A stretch of 64,000 nucleotides of DNA from an uncultured Bacteriovoracaceae bacterium (GCA_964618975.1 CAZUDI010000003.1:61962-125961); one strand, 5' to 3'. Shown: positions 47,454 through 57,317, numbered from the stretch's first letter. Translations and numbers: made by a program. The notes: generated by a model not told the origin, from the letters alone.

Positions 47454-48376
47454 AGCGCATCCGTGTCGCCGTGATCGGCGTGGGCTATCTCGGCCGCTTC
47501 CATGCCCAGAAATACGCTGGTCTTGAGACCGTCGACCTCGTAGGCGTGGTCGACATCGACGCCCGGCGCGCCCAGGCCGTCGCCTATGAGGTGGGTTGCC
47601 CAGCCTTCAGCCGGATCGAGGAAATCAGAGAAGGCCTCGATGCGGTGAGCGTGGCGGTGCCCACCTCGGTGCACGCCGAGGTGGCCATCCCCCTGCTCGA
47701 GCAGGGTATCGCGGTGCTACTGGAAAAGCCCATGTCGGCCAGCATTGAAGAGGGCCGCCGCATCATCGCCGCCGCCAGGAGCGGCGGCGCCGTGCTCCAG
47801 GTGGGGCATCTCGAACGTTTCAATCCGGCGCTGCTGAGTCTCAAGGACCGCATCGATCGTCCCATGTTCATCGAGGCGCACCGTATCAGCCCCTTCCGCG
47901 AACGCGGCATCGACGTGGACGTGCTCTTGGACCTCATGATCCACGACATCGACATCATCCTCTCGCTCGTCAACTCTCCCATCACCTCGGTGGAGGCCGT
48001 GGGTGTCCCGGTGCTCACCCAGGAGGTGGACATTGCCAATGCCAGGCTGCGCTTCGAGAGCGGCTGTATCGCCAATGTGACGGCCAGCCGGGTCAGCGCC
48101 GATACCATGCGCAAGATCCGCATCTTCCAGCCGGACGCCTACATCTCCATCGACTATGCCAAACGCGCGGTGGATGTCTACACCCTGGGGGAGGGTCGGG
48201 AGATCCTGCACGATCACTTGAGCATCTCGGAGGCCGACGCCCTGCAGGCGGAGGTGCACGCCTTTGTCGAGGCCCTCCGAGGCAAGCTGTCCGTGGTGGT
48301 GGACGGCGAGGCCGGTCTTCGTGCCCTCGAGGTCGCCTACCGGATCAAGGACGCCATGATCATACCCGAACGATGA
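47450..48376 (+). CDS. Gfo/Idh/MocA-family NAD(P)-dependent oxidoreductase inserted between lpxA and lpxB (candidate UDP-GlcNAc 3-dehydrogenase, GnnA-like)
   Basis: 'IRVAVIGVGYLGRFHAQ' (Rossmann GxGxxG) and 'EKPMSASIEE' (the EKP motif of Gfo/Idh/MocA). ATGA overlap with the lpxA stop; runs to the lpxB start. Confidence 0.6.
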   Translation: MKRIRVAVIGVGYLGRFHAQKYAGLETVDLVGVVDIDARRAQAVAYEVGCPAFSRIEEIREGLDAVSVAVPTSVHAEVAIPLLEQGIAVLLEKPMSASIEEGRRIIAAARSGGAVLQVGHLERFNPALLSLKDRIDRPMFIEAHRISPFRERGIDVDVLLDLMIHDIDIILSLVNSPITSVEAVGVPVLTQEVDIANARLRFESGCIANVTASRVSADTMRKIRIFQPDAYISIDYAKRAVDVYTLGEGREILHDHLSISEADALQAEVHAFVEALRGKLSVVVDGEAGLRALEVAYRIKDAMIIPER

Positions 48377-49449
48377 AGAGCATCCTCATGACAGCCGGCG
48401 AGGCGAGTGCTGATCGGCACGCCGCGTGTGTAATCCGACAACTGAAAGCCACGCTTCCCGAGGTGGAGGTCTTCGGTATGGGCGGACCCGCGATGGTCCA
48501 GGCGGGCCTTAAGTGCCGCTACGGCATGGAGCACCTCAGTGTCATGGGCTTCTCGGATGTCCTTCCCCGCCTTAGCGACATCCTCGGCGTCTGGCGGGGC
48601 CTGCGCCGGATCATCCGCGAGGAGCGTCCGGACGTGTTCATCCCGGTGGACCTGCCGGATTTCAACATGCCCTTGGCCCGCTATGCCCGGCGCTACGGGG
48701 TGAAGGTGCTCTACTATATCGCGCCCCAGGCCTGGGCCTGGAGGAGGTACCGGGCGCGCACCCTGGCGCGCATCACCGACGGACTGGCGGTGATCTTTCC
48801 CTTCGAGGAGCCCTTCTTCGCCTCTTACGGGGTGAAGGCCCGCTACGTGGGGCACCCCATGCTCGAGGACGATCCCGACCCGTGGGAGGTCGCCTGGCCG
48901 CCAAGGCGCATCACCCTGCTGCCCGGCAGCCGGGCCCATGAGATCGAACGCATGCTGCCCGTGATGCTCACGGCCAAGCGCATTGTTCAGCGCCGCAGGC
49001 CAGGGCTGGCGTGGACGCTGCCCGTGGCCCCCGGCCTCGACGGGAGCTGGCTTGCAGGCCTGCTCGACGACGACGTCACACTGAGTGCCGCCATGGTCCC
49101 GGCGGATCTGGCCCTGGTCACCTCCGGTACCGCCACCCTGGAGATGGCCGTTCGCGGTGTCCCGCAGGTGATCTGCTACCGCACGTCACAGGCGAACTAC
49201 CGTCTGGCACGGGCCTTCGTACGGTTGGAGCATATCGGCATGCCCAATGTGATCCTGGGCCGGGAGGCCGTGCCCGAACTCATCCAGGAGCGGTGTACGG
49301 GAGAGGGTCTGGCCGGCGCCATGCTGCGCCTGCTGGAGGAGCGCGAGGAAGCTGAGCGCCAGTTTGCGGCCTATGCGCAGTTACGTAAGAATCTCGGAAA
49401 CAGGAAGGCCGCCCAAGGAGTCGCCACATGGATACGACAGATGCTCTAG
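48373..49449 (+). CDS. lpxB: lipid-A-disaccharide synthase
   Basis: 'ILMTAGEASADRHAA...VFGMGGPAM' N-terminus and a GT-B fold (glycosyltransferase family 19). Confidence 0.85.
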   Translation: MKSILMTAGEASADRHAACVIRQLKATLPEVEVFGMGGPAMVQAGLKCRYGMEHLSVMGFSDVLPRLSDILGVWRGLRRIIREERPDVFIPVDLPDFNMPLARYARRYGVKVLYYIAPQAWAWRRYRARTLARITDGLAVIFPFEEPFFASYGVKARYVGHPMLEDDPDPWEVAWPPRRITLLPGSRAHEIERMLPVMLTAKRIVQRRRPGLAWTLPVAPGLDGSWLAGLLDDDVTLSAAMVPADLALVTSGTATLEMAVRGVPQVICYRTSQANYRLARAFVRLEHIGMPNVILGREAVPELIQERCTGEGLAGAMLRLLEEREEAERQFAAYAQLRKNLGNRKAAQGVATWIRQML

Positions 49450-51188
49450 CGCACAGAAGCGATCTCCAGGTCTACAAACGTCTGATCGGCTACCTCGGGG
49501 ACTACTGGCCCAAACTCGCCGTGGCGGCGGTGCTCATGATCATTCTCTCGGCCACTCAGGGGATGCTGGCCTTCCTGGTCAAACCCGCCATGGACGATAT
49601 CTTCATCGCCAAGGACGTCTCCAAGCTGCACCTCATCCCCTTAGGTATCGTGGGCATCTTCCTCCTGCGGGGGGTATGCGATTACGGGCGGTATTACCTC
49701 ATGGCCGAGGTGGGACAGCGCATCATCATGGATATCCGCGACCAGCTCTATGCCCACATCCAGCGCCTCTCGATGCCCTTTTTCATCCGCACCCCCACCG
49801 GCATCATCATCTCGCGTATCACCAACGACGTGAACCTCGTCCAGGCCTCGGTGACCAATGCGATCACCGGGCTGATCCGTGAGGCCTTCACCCTGGTGGG
49901 GCTCGTCTTCGTGGTCTTCTACCGCGACTGGCAGCTGGCGCTGATCGCCATGCTCGTCTTCCCGGTAGTGGCCGTCCCCATCAACCGCTTCGGTAAGCGC
50001 CTCAAACACTACTCCACCAAGGGTATGAAGGTCATGGGCGACGTCATGACCATCCTGGACGAGGGCATCTCGGGCATCCGCATCGTGAAGGCCTACAATA
50101 TGGAGGACTACGAGCAGCGCCGTTTCAATATCGAAAACCGGCGCTATTTCCGCAACTGGATGCGCCGTCTCTCCATCCGGGCGGTCTCCACCCCGCTCAT
50201 GGAGCTCATCGGCGGTCTGGCCATCGCTTTCATCCTCTGGTACGGGGGCATGAAGGTCATCGATGGAACCTCCACCCCGGGCAACTTCTTCTCCTTCATG
50301 GCCGCGCTCTTCATGCTCTACGCCCCCATCCGCAAGCTCAACGAGCTCAACATCGTGGTGCAGGAGGGTATCGCCGCTGCCCGCCGGGTATTCTCCCTGC
50401 TCGATACCGAGCCCGAGATCGCCGAGAGCATCGATGCGCTGACCCTCGCGAACGCCCGCGGGCATGTGGTCTACGAGGACGTGTGGTTCAGCTATACCGG
50501 TGAGATCGATGCCCTCCAGGGGATCTCCTTCGAAATCAAGCCCGGTGAGCACGTGGCGCTCGTAGGCGAGAGCGGGTCCGGCAAGACCACCATCGCCAAT
50601 CTGCTGCCGCGCTTCTTCGACGTCACCAAAGGCCGCATACGCGTCGACGGGTGCGACATACGGGAGCTCACCCTGTGCTCCCTGCGGGAAAACATCGCCG
50701 TGGTCACGCAGGACATGGTGCTCTTCAACGACACCATCCACGCCAACATCGCCTATGGCTCGCAGTCCGCCTCTGAGGAGGATATTCAGGCCGCGGCCAG
50801 AGCCGCCCACGCCCACGATTTCATCATGCAGCTGCCCGAGGGCTACGAGACCAAGGTGGGCGAAGGCGGCAGCCGCCTCTCGGGCGGCCAGAAACAGCGC
50901 CTCTGTATCGCGAGGGCCGTCCTGAAGAAGGCGCCCATCCTGATCCTGGACGAGGCCACCTCGTCTCTCGATACCGAGTCGGAAAAGGAGGTGCAGGCGG
51001 CCATGGACTCCCTCATGTCCGGACGCACCACGCTCTCCATTGCCCACCGCCTCTCCACCATCGTCGGCGCCGACCGCATCATCGTGCTCAACCAGGGGCG
51101 GATCGTGGAGACGGGAACCCATACACAGCTGCTCGCCAGGGACGGCTACTACACGCGACTCTACTCCCTCCAGTTCAGCAATGACTAG
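49428..51188 (+). CDS. msbA: lipid A export ABC transporter (permease/ATPase fusion) MsbA
   Basis: Six-TM domain plus an ABC ATPase: 'GESGSGKTT', 'LSGGQKQRLCIARAV', 'ILILDEATSSLD'. Confidence 0.85.
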   Translation: MDTTDALAHRSDLQVYKRLIGYLGDYWPKLAVAAVLMIILSATQGMLAFLVKPAMDDIFIAKDVSKLHLIPLGIVGIFLLRGVCDYGRYYLMAEVGQRIIMDIRDQLYAHIQRLSMPFFIRTPTGIIISRITNDVNLVQASVTNAITGLIREAFTLVGLVFVVFYRDWQLALIAMLVFPVVAVPINRFGKRLKHYSTKGMKVMGDVMTILDEGISGIRIVKAYNMEDYEQRRFNIENRRYFRNWMRRLSIRAVSTPLMELIGGLAIAFILWYGGMKVIDGTSTPGNFFSFMAALFMLYAPIRKLNELNIVVQEGIAAARRVFSLLDTEPEIAESIDALTLANARGHVVYEDVWFSYTGEIDALQGISFEIKPGEHVALVGESGSGKTTIANLLPRFFDVTKGRIRVDGCDIRELTLCSLRENIAVVTQDMVLFNDTIHANIAYGSQSASEEDIQAAARAAHAHDFIMQLPEGYETKVGEGGSRLSGGQKQRLCIARAVLKKAPILILDEATSSLDTESEKEVQAAMDSLMSGRTTLSIAHRLSTIVGADRIIVLNQGRIVETGTHTQLLARDGYYTRLYSLQFSND

Positions 51189-52134
51189 AGCGAGCGTATC
51201 CTTGACCCTCCCCTACGGCGCCCTCATCCGGGTGCGCAACCACCTCTATGACCGGGGCCTCCTGCCCAGCTACCTCACCCCGCCGCTGGTCATCAGTGTC
51301 GGCAATCTCGAGACCGGCGGCACGGGCAAGACCCCCACGACCATCGCCCTGGCAAAAACCCTCACCAACCGCGGACACCGCGTGGCCATCGTGACTCGGG
51401 GCTATCGGGGCCGGCTGCCCGGGGTCGTTGAGGTCACGGCCACGCATACGGCGCGCGAGGTGGGGGACGAGGCCCTCCTCATGCAGCGCACGAGCGGGGT
51501 GCCGGTCATCAAGGCCCCCGACCGGGTGGCCGGGGCCCTGTATGCCTCCCGCCTCGGATGCACCATCGTAGTGCTCGACGACGGCTTTCAGCACCGCCGG
51601 ATCCGGCGCGACCTCGACATCGTGCTCGTCTCGCGCGACCTGACTCGCGCCCGTCTGCTGCCCACCGGGGTGCTGCGCGAACCGGTGGACTCGCTTGCAC
51701 GCGCGCACCTGGTCATCGCCACCAAGGGGGCGCCCCCGGGAGGGCTGAGCGCTCACCTCGCCCCGGAATGTCTGGTGGACATCCACGCCCACACGACACC
51801 GCTCGAGGCGCTTAAGGACAGACGGGTGCTGGCCTTCTGCGGCCTGGCCCGCCCGCAGGGCTTCTATGACAGCTTGAGCGCCTTGGGTGCCCGTGTGGAA
51901 GCCTTGAGCTTCAGGGACCATCACCGCTACACGCAGCGGGATCTCCGACGCATCCAGCGTCACGCCCAATCCAGCGAGCTGGTCGTGACCACGGAAAAGG
52001 ACCTGGTCAAGCTCAGGCCGGAATGGACCGAGAAAAACTGGTACGCGCTGCGGGTGGGTATGCAGTTCAGCGATCCGGGCAGGATCATCCAGGAGATTGA
52101 GGACCGTGTATCCAACAGGCGTCTTTCTCGATAG
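51181..52134 (+). CDS. lpxK: tetraacyldisaccharide 4'-kinase
   Basis: Start at MTRASVSL (ATG 51181), overlapping the msbA stop. P-loop 'VISVGNLETGGTGKTP' is the LpxK signature. Confidence 0.85.
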   Translation: MTRASVSLTLPYGALIRVRNHLYDRGLLPSYLTPPLVISVGNLETGGTGKTPTTIALAKTLTNRGHRVAIVTRGYRGRLPGVVEVTATHTAREVGDEALLMQRTSGVPVIKAPDRVAGALYASRLGCTIVVLDDGFQHRRIRRDLDIVLVSRDLTRARLLPTGVLREPVDSLARAHLVIATKGAPPGGLSAHLAPECLVDIHAHTTPLEALKDRRVLAFCGLARPQGFYDSLSALGARVEALSFRDHHRYTQRDLRRIQRHAQSSELVVTTEKDLVKLRPEWTEKNWYALRVGMQFSDPGRIIQEIEDRVSNRRLSR

Positions 52135-52663
52135 GGACGACACCCTCATCCGTGATCGGGTCTATCTCAGCGACCCCGAGGGGATCGAGATCCTTCCCGG
52201 GGTGCCGCAAGCCATCGCCCAGCTCAACGCCCATGGCATACCCGCCATCATCGTCACGAACCAGTCCGGTATCGCCCGGGGGCTCTTCGACGAAAAACGC
52301 CTGGCCGAGATCCACGCCCGGCTTACGACACTGCTGGCCGCCCGTGGTGCCCGCATCGATGCCATCTACTACTGCCCGCACCATCCCGAAGGGATCGTAG
52401 CTCAGTACCGCCTGGAGTGCCCCTGCCGCAAGCCCGAACCCGGCATGCTCATCCAGGCCGCGCGCGACTTCGCGCTCGACCTTACACGCTGTTATCTGAT
52501 CGGCGACCAGTCCATCGACATCGCCACGATCAAACGCGTAGGCGGCACCGGCATCCAGCTCGTCCCGCCCGGGACGGCGCCCCCCTGCGGGGCCGACCAT
52601 ACCGCCCCGGACCTTGAGCAGGCCGTAGAGTGGATCCTGAGGAAGGAAAACCTCTCATGCTGA
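52097..52663 (+). CDS. gmhB: D-glycero-D-manno-heptose 1,7-bisphosphate phosphatase (HAD-IIIA)
   Basis: 'VFLDRDDTLI' (the DxDxT motif), 'IIVTNQSGIARG', and 'CYLIGDQSIDIA' with a CxHxxxxC..C zinc motif ('YCPHHPEG...CPCRKPEPGM'). Confidence 0.75.
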   Translation: MRTVYPTGVFLDRDDTLIRDRVYLSDPEGIEILPGVPQAIAQLNAHGIPAIIVTNQSGIARGLFDEKRLAEIHARLTTLLAARGARIDAIYYCPHHPEGIVAQYRLECPCRKPEPGMLIQAARDFALDLTRCYLIGDQSIDIATIKRVGGTGIQLVPPGTAPPCGADHTAPDLEQAVEWILRKENLSC

Positions 52664-53622
52664 GCGCCAAAGAGCTGGTCTCACACCTGCTCCCCCTCAT
52701 CCGCGGGCTGATCACCCTCATCCGCTTCACCCCCTATCCGCTGGCCATCCTCGGCGGCCGGACCCTGGGGCTCCTCGGCTGGGCCCTGGATCCCTTCCAC
52801 CGCCGGTCAGCCGACACCCAGATGCATGCGGCCCTCGGGACGGCCTGGCACCCCCTGATGAGCCTCAAGGTCTTCATGAACCAGGGGGACATCCTCGTCG
52901 ACACGATCAAGTATGCCTATATGGACACACAGGAGCTCAGACGCCGCGTGCGCATCGAGGGCCGGGAGCACCTCGAGCAAGCCCTGGCCAGCGGGCGGGG
53001 CATCATGCTCGTGACCGGGCACATCGGCAACTGGGAGATCCTCGCCAACCTCGCGCGCCTGATCGACATCGAATTCTGTGTTATGGCCGATCAACGCGAC
53101 GACCCCGGGCTGGAGAGCATCATCGACGGCCTGCGCGAACGCACCGGGGCCACCATCCTGCCGCCCAAGGGCAAGGCCCTCATGCTTGTGCGCGAGCTGC
53201 GGCGAGGCCGAACCATCGGCATGGTCGTGGACCAGCGCGGCCGCAGGGGCGAACGCCTGCTGTGTGACGTCTTCGGCCTGCCCGCCCCCACCAACCCCGC
53301 CCCGGCCGTCATCGCGCTGAAGGGCCGGGCCCTGATCGTGCCGGTGACGGCCGTCCGGGAGCACCATGGCTACCGCATCCGCATCGAGGAGCCCCTGGAT
53401 GCGACCAGCTTCGGGTCCAGCGCTCAGGCCATCCAGGAAGCCAGCGACTTCATGCAGTCCTGGGTAAGCCGCGAGGTGGAGCGACACCCGGATCAGTGGT
53501 TCTGGCTGCACTGCCGCTGGACCAGACGCTCCGAAATGCGCCGCCTGCTGCGGGAGGGCATCGATTTCCGTGATTATATCCTGAAGCAGGCCGAGGCGGT
53601 CAGGCAGGGTCGCTATTTATGA
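52658..53622 (+). CDS. lpxL: lipid A biosynthesis late (lauroyl/myristoyl-type) acyltransferase, LpxL/LpxM family
   Basis: N-terminal TM helix, the 'LVTGHIGNWE' HX4D-like acyltransferase motif, and 'DQRGRRGE'. Has a C-terminal tail 'RWTRRSEMRRLLREGIDFRDYI' past the usual LpxL end. Confidence 0.75.
53514..53557 (+). repeat. 44-nt segment nearly identical (2 mismatches) to 54609-54652, within the lpxL paralogue tails
   Basis: cgctggaccagacgctccgaaatgcgccgcctgctgcgggaggg against cgctggaccaggcgctccgagatgcgccgcctgctgcgggaggg. Confidence 0.8.
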
Positions 53623-53720
53623 ACATCCACCATTCCGCCAGGCCACAGGCACGAGCCGTTGCGATCAGCGGTGATGCCGGTCCATCTATGGCGCCCCCCC
53701 TTAAAAGGAGAAACATACGC

Positions 53721-54755
53721 ATGCAGATACCATCACGAATCCTCTATCACTCGGCTAAGGCCGGCATCTTTCTCATTGGCGCCATGCCCGCTGTCATGGC
53801 GCAGTTCCTGGGCCAGCTGCTCGGGATCCTCGGCTTTATCCTGGCGCCGCAGCACCGCAAAACCGCCGAACTCCAGATGCGCCAGGCCCTGGGTGACGAC
53901 TACAACAGGAGCCTGCCGCTCAAGGTCTTCATGCATCACGGTCGCGTCCTGGTCGATGCCATCCGTTATGCCGGCATGGATACGGATAGCGTGCATCAAA
54001 GTTTCGAGATCGAGGGCCGTGAGTACCTCGATGCGGCCCTGGCTTCTCCGCGCGGCGTCATGCTGATCGAGGGACATCTCGGCAACTGGGAGATGACACC
54101 CCACCTGCCACGCGTCCTGGGTTTCGCTTGCGATATCATCATGAACGAGCGCAAGAACCCCGGTATCGAGGCCCTCATCCAGGAACTGCGCGACCAGCCC
54201 GGGGTTACCAAGCTGCCCCCCAAGGGGGGGGTGATGAAGGCCATGATCGCCACCCTCAGGGCCGGCCATACGGTCTTCATGGCCGCCGATCAGCGCGGCC
54301 CGCGAGGCAATACGCTGGTCTGCAACTTCTTCGACCTGCCCGCCCTCACCAGCCCGGTCCCGGCCTACATCGCCATCAAGGGTGACGCCCTGATCGTGCC
54401 GGTGTCCATCATTTACATGGCCGACCGCTACCGCGTCCGCTTCGAGGCCGCCATCGATCCGCGCGACATCTGCCCGAACGCCGACGCCCTCACCGGTCTG
54501 CGCCAGGGCATGCAGACCGAGCCCGTGGAGAGACTCAGTACAATCATCCAGGACTGGCTGGTCGCGATGATCCGGCAATATCCCACCCAGTGGATCTGGC
54601 TCTACAGCCGCTGGACCAGGCGCTCCGAGATGCGCCGCCTGCTGCGGGAGGGGGGAGATTTCAGGGCCTATATCCGCTCTCAGGCCGAGCGCATCAACCA
54701 GAGGCCGGGGACGCATCCTGAAGTGGGCAGTCAAACCGGAGCGTTCCTGCCATAA
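53721..54755 (+). CDS. second LpxL/LpxM-family late acyltransferase (paralogue)
   Basis: Start at MQIPSRILYHS (ATG 53721; AAGGAGA RBS). 'LIEGHLGNWE' and 'DQRGPRGN' motifs, and the same C-terminal tail 'RWTRRSEMRRLLREGGDFRAYI'. Confidence 0.75.
   Translation: MQIPSRILYHSAKAGIFLIGAMPAVMAQFLGQLLGILGFILAPQHRKTAELQMRQALGDDYNRSLPLKVFMHHGRVLVDAIRYAGMDTDSVHQSFEIEGREYLDAALASPRGVMLIEGHLGNWEMTPHLPRVLGFACDIIMNERKNPGIEALIQELRDQPGVTKLPPKGGVMKAMIATLRAGHTVFMAADQRGPRGNTLVCNFFDLPALTSPVPAYIAIKGDALIVPVSIIYMADRYRVRFEAAIDPRDICPNADALTGLRQGMQTEPVERLSTIIQDWLVAMIRQYPTQWIWLYSRWTRRSEMRRLLREGGDFRAYIRSQAERINQRPGTHPEVGSQTGAFLP
54609..54652 (+). repeat. second copy of the 44-nt near-identical segment (see 53514-53557)
   Basis: See paired feature. 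Confidence 0.8.
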
Positions 54756-54889
54756 GACCTTTGCCAACGCGGCCAGGGGTAGTCGGCCCCGGGGGCCGCG
54801 CCCCGTTCGTACCGGTATATTTACACGATTACCTCATACTGGGGCTTGATTTTCAGACCCTTTATCGGTATACGGAAGGTGCACTCTGG

Positions 54890-54964
54890 GGCGGCATAGC
54901 CAAGTGGTAAGGCGACGGTCTGCAAAACCGTTATTCACCGGTTCAAATCCGGTTGCCGCCTCCA
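54890..54964 (+). tRNA. tRNA-Cys (anticodon GCA)
   Basis: GGCGGCAtaGCCAAGTGGTAAGGCGACGGTCTGCAAAACCGttattcaCCGGTTCAAATCCGGTTGCCGCCtCCA shows a 7-bp acceptor stem, anticodon loop CT-GCA-AA, T-loop GGTTCAAATCC and an encoded CCA. Confidence 0.85.
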
Positions 54965-54988
54965 TTTTATTATCCAGTCCGGGGTTTT

Positions 54989-55915
54989 ATGAAGAAGGCT
55001 TCCCACATAACGCACATCATACCCCTGCTGCTGTTGCTCTTTTCCACGCCTCTGCTGGCCGACGGCGGGGGGCGCATCGAATGCATGGGTCTGCGAATAT
55101 CCGGGGAAACCCGCTATGAGCTCACCATCCCCGCCGGCCAGAGTGCCCTCGAATGGCCCCTGGAGCACTATCTCGTCGGACTCAACGCCACAGTCGATAT
55201 GGACGATCACCTGGAGGCCGAGCTCACCTGCCTGATTTCCCCCTGGCAGATCTCGGAGTCGCCCCTGAAGGATTCCGACTGGCTTGTCGATACGCATCCG
55301 CGCCTGCGCTACTATTCGGAGACCGACCTGGACACCAGGGGGCTGCTCCTGTGGGCCCAGGTGCGTTTCTATCCCATCGCGCACGAAAGCCTCTCCCTCG
55401 GAATCACCGGCGGATACCGCTTCCAGGAATTCAGCTTCATGGGCTATGATGCCCTCCAGGCCGAATACACCTCGGGGGACTGGAGCGGGTATGTGGTCGG
55501 GGGGGAGGTGATCACCTACCGCGTCCTGTACGACCTGGTTCAGGCGGGTCTGAGCCTGCGCCTTAGACAGGGCGACGCCTTCCACCTCACGCTCGACACC
55601 AGCTTCATTCCCCTGGCGCGTGTCCGCGACGCCGACAACCATCTGCGGCGCTATAAAAAACTGCAAGGTTCCTGCATAGGCGACGGGATTGCGGTGGATC
55701 TCGCCGTACGATACCGCGTGTATGCCCGCTGGCACCTGCTTCTTACAGGCGGTCTGACCCGTGTGAGTACCAGCGGTCATCAGGACCAGATCTGGTATGG
55801 CGACGATCCCATAACCCCCGGTACCGACGACACCGGCCAGGCCTCCCTGCATCTCCCCCTAAAGGTGGAGTTGAACGCCGTGCACCTCGGGTGCGGCCTC
55901 GGCCTGCAGTTCTAA
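54989..55915 (+). CDS. outer-membrane beta-barrel protein of unknown function
   Basis: Start at MKKASHITHIIPLLLLLFSTPLLA (signal peptide). Alternating amphipathic beta-strands, ending '...GLGLQF' (C-terminal Phe). Family not determined. Confidence 0.55.
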   Translation: MKKASHITHIIPLLLLLFSTPLLADGGGRIECMGLRISGETRYELTIPAGQSALEWPLEHYLVGLNATVDMDDHLEAELTCLISPWQISESPLKDSDWLVDTHPRLRYYSETDLDTRGLLLWAQVRFYPIAHESLSLGITGGYRFQEFSFMGYDALQAEYTSGDWSGYVVGGEVITYRVLYDLVQAGLSLRLRQGDAFHLTLDTSFIPLARVRDADNHLRRYKKLQGSCIGDGIAVDLAVRYRVYARWHLLLTGGLTRVSTSGHQDQIWYGDDPITPGTDDTGQASLHLPLKVELNAVHLGCGLGLQF

Positions 55916-55967
55916 GAAATCACCCCGGGGGGTAATGCCCGTTTGAGAGCCTGTCGATAGGGTACCT

Positions 55968-57317
55968 ATGTCGCAGGCCAAGAGACTCGCCAACCGCAAT
56001 ATCGGTCGTGCCCGGCACTCCCTGCCCTATCTCCCCGTTGAGGCGCAGGAACTGATCGCTATCATCCCCTGCCTGCTTGCGCTCGGAGATGCGCCCTGCG
56101 GGGTGTACGGCCACCCCGTGTGCACCCCCTCCCAGTTCGATCTGCTCATGCGGCACCTGGGATGCAAGCCCGACCTTCCCGTCGGACGCCTGCCGGACAG
56201 AATCTGTCTTGAGAGCCTCATGGCCATTCCGCGCCCCTCTCTTACGGGCCCCTTCTCCCTCGGTCTGACGCTCATTGCCATTCCGCGTCCGGATATCCAT
56301 CTTGCGGAGGTCCACCGCCAGATGGAGCAGGTCGGATCGTTTTTACGCCACAGGGGAATCACAACCACCACCCTGGTCCAGACGCAGTTTCCGGAGTTCC
56401 TGATCAACGAGATCATGCGCTTAGGTATCGTGTTGGGCGGCAAACACCCGGTCACCAGCAGAGAGGAACTCACCGCGGAGGCGATCCATATCGGCGAGCT
56501 GCCCTCCGCGCTTAACGACCCCACCCTCGTCCTTCACGCGGACAGGAACCCCTTCCAGGACTATCTGAACCGGGAGCTCGCCGCCCGCGTGAGCCGCTCT
56601 GCCTATCCCTGTCCCCTGAGCATCCCCGGGGCCAATCCCTTCATCCTGCCCTACCTGAACATGCTCACCGAATCCGAGGAACGTGCCGACCACGACCGCC
56701 TGACCAAGATGCGCACGAGCCTGTTCCACCTCTTCGGGGGCTTCGGACCCACACGCGGGGTGGAGACCGTCCGGGGGACCTCCGTGCCGGACAGAACCAG
56801 CCTGGCCCATCTCAGTGCCGGGGAACGCCTGCGACTGAGAAAATGGCTCGTGCCCCTCGAGGATGACGAGCTGCCGCTCTTCTCCTGGCCGCCCCTCTCG
56901 TCCGGGGCCCTGGACGAGGTATCCCTCACCTGCCGCAGTGGCCTGTGGTCCCTCCAGGAGGCGGGAGATTTCGCCCACCGCTACTCCTGGATGGTGCTCG
57001 CCTGGGGGGCCCTGGCCGGGCTGATCGGCATAGAGACCCGCATCCGACACGCCGCCTCCCACAATCTGAAGCCGCAGGCCACGCAATACCTCATGGACAT
57101 GCTCGCGGCCTTGGAGGATGGAGCCACGCTCATCGTCACCCCCGATCCGCTCCAGGGTTCTATCCGTGTGAGCTCCGGACGCTTCTTCACCTCGAACAAA
57201 CCCTTTGCCCTGCTGGAGAACGGCATCAAATTCAGTCTCGAGTTGCACGAACCGGTCAAGAAGAAGGCCCTGATTGACGATAGGGATCTGGAGATCACAG
57301 CCAGGACAAAAATATGA
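55968..57317 (+). CDS. hypothetical protein (449 aa), no confidently recognised domain
   Basis: Continuous ORF with even codon usage, translationally coupled (ATGA) to the downstream pseudo-receiver gene. There is a weak, unverified resemblance of the first ~200 aa to the N-terminal region of class I adenylate cyclases. Confidence 0.5.
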   Translation: MSQAKRLANRNIGRARHSLPYLPVEAQELIAIIPCLLALGDAPCGVYGHPVCTPSQFDLLMRHLGCKPDLPVGRLPDRICLESLMAIPRPSLTGPFSLGLTLIAIPRPDIHLAEVHRQMEQVGSFLRHRGITTTTLVQTQFPEFLINEIMRLGIVLGGKHPVTSREELTAEAIHIGELPSALNDPTLVLHADRNPFQDYLNRELAARVSRSAYPCPLSIPGANPFILPYLNMLTESEERADHDRLTKMRTSLFHLFGGFGPTRGVETVRGTSVPDRTSLAHLSAGERLRLRKWLVPLEDDELPLFSWPPLSSGALDEVSLTCRSGLWSLQEAGDFAHRYSWMVLAWGALAGLIGIETRIRHAASHNLKPQATQYLMDMLAALEDGATLIVTPDPLQGSIRVSSGRFFTSNKPFALLENGIKFSLELHEPVKKKALIDDRDLEITARTKI

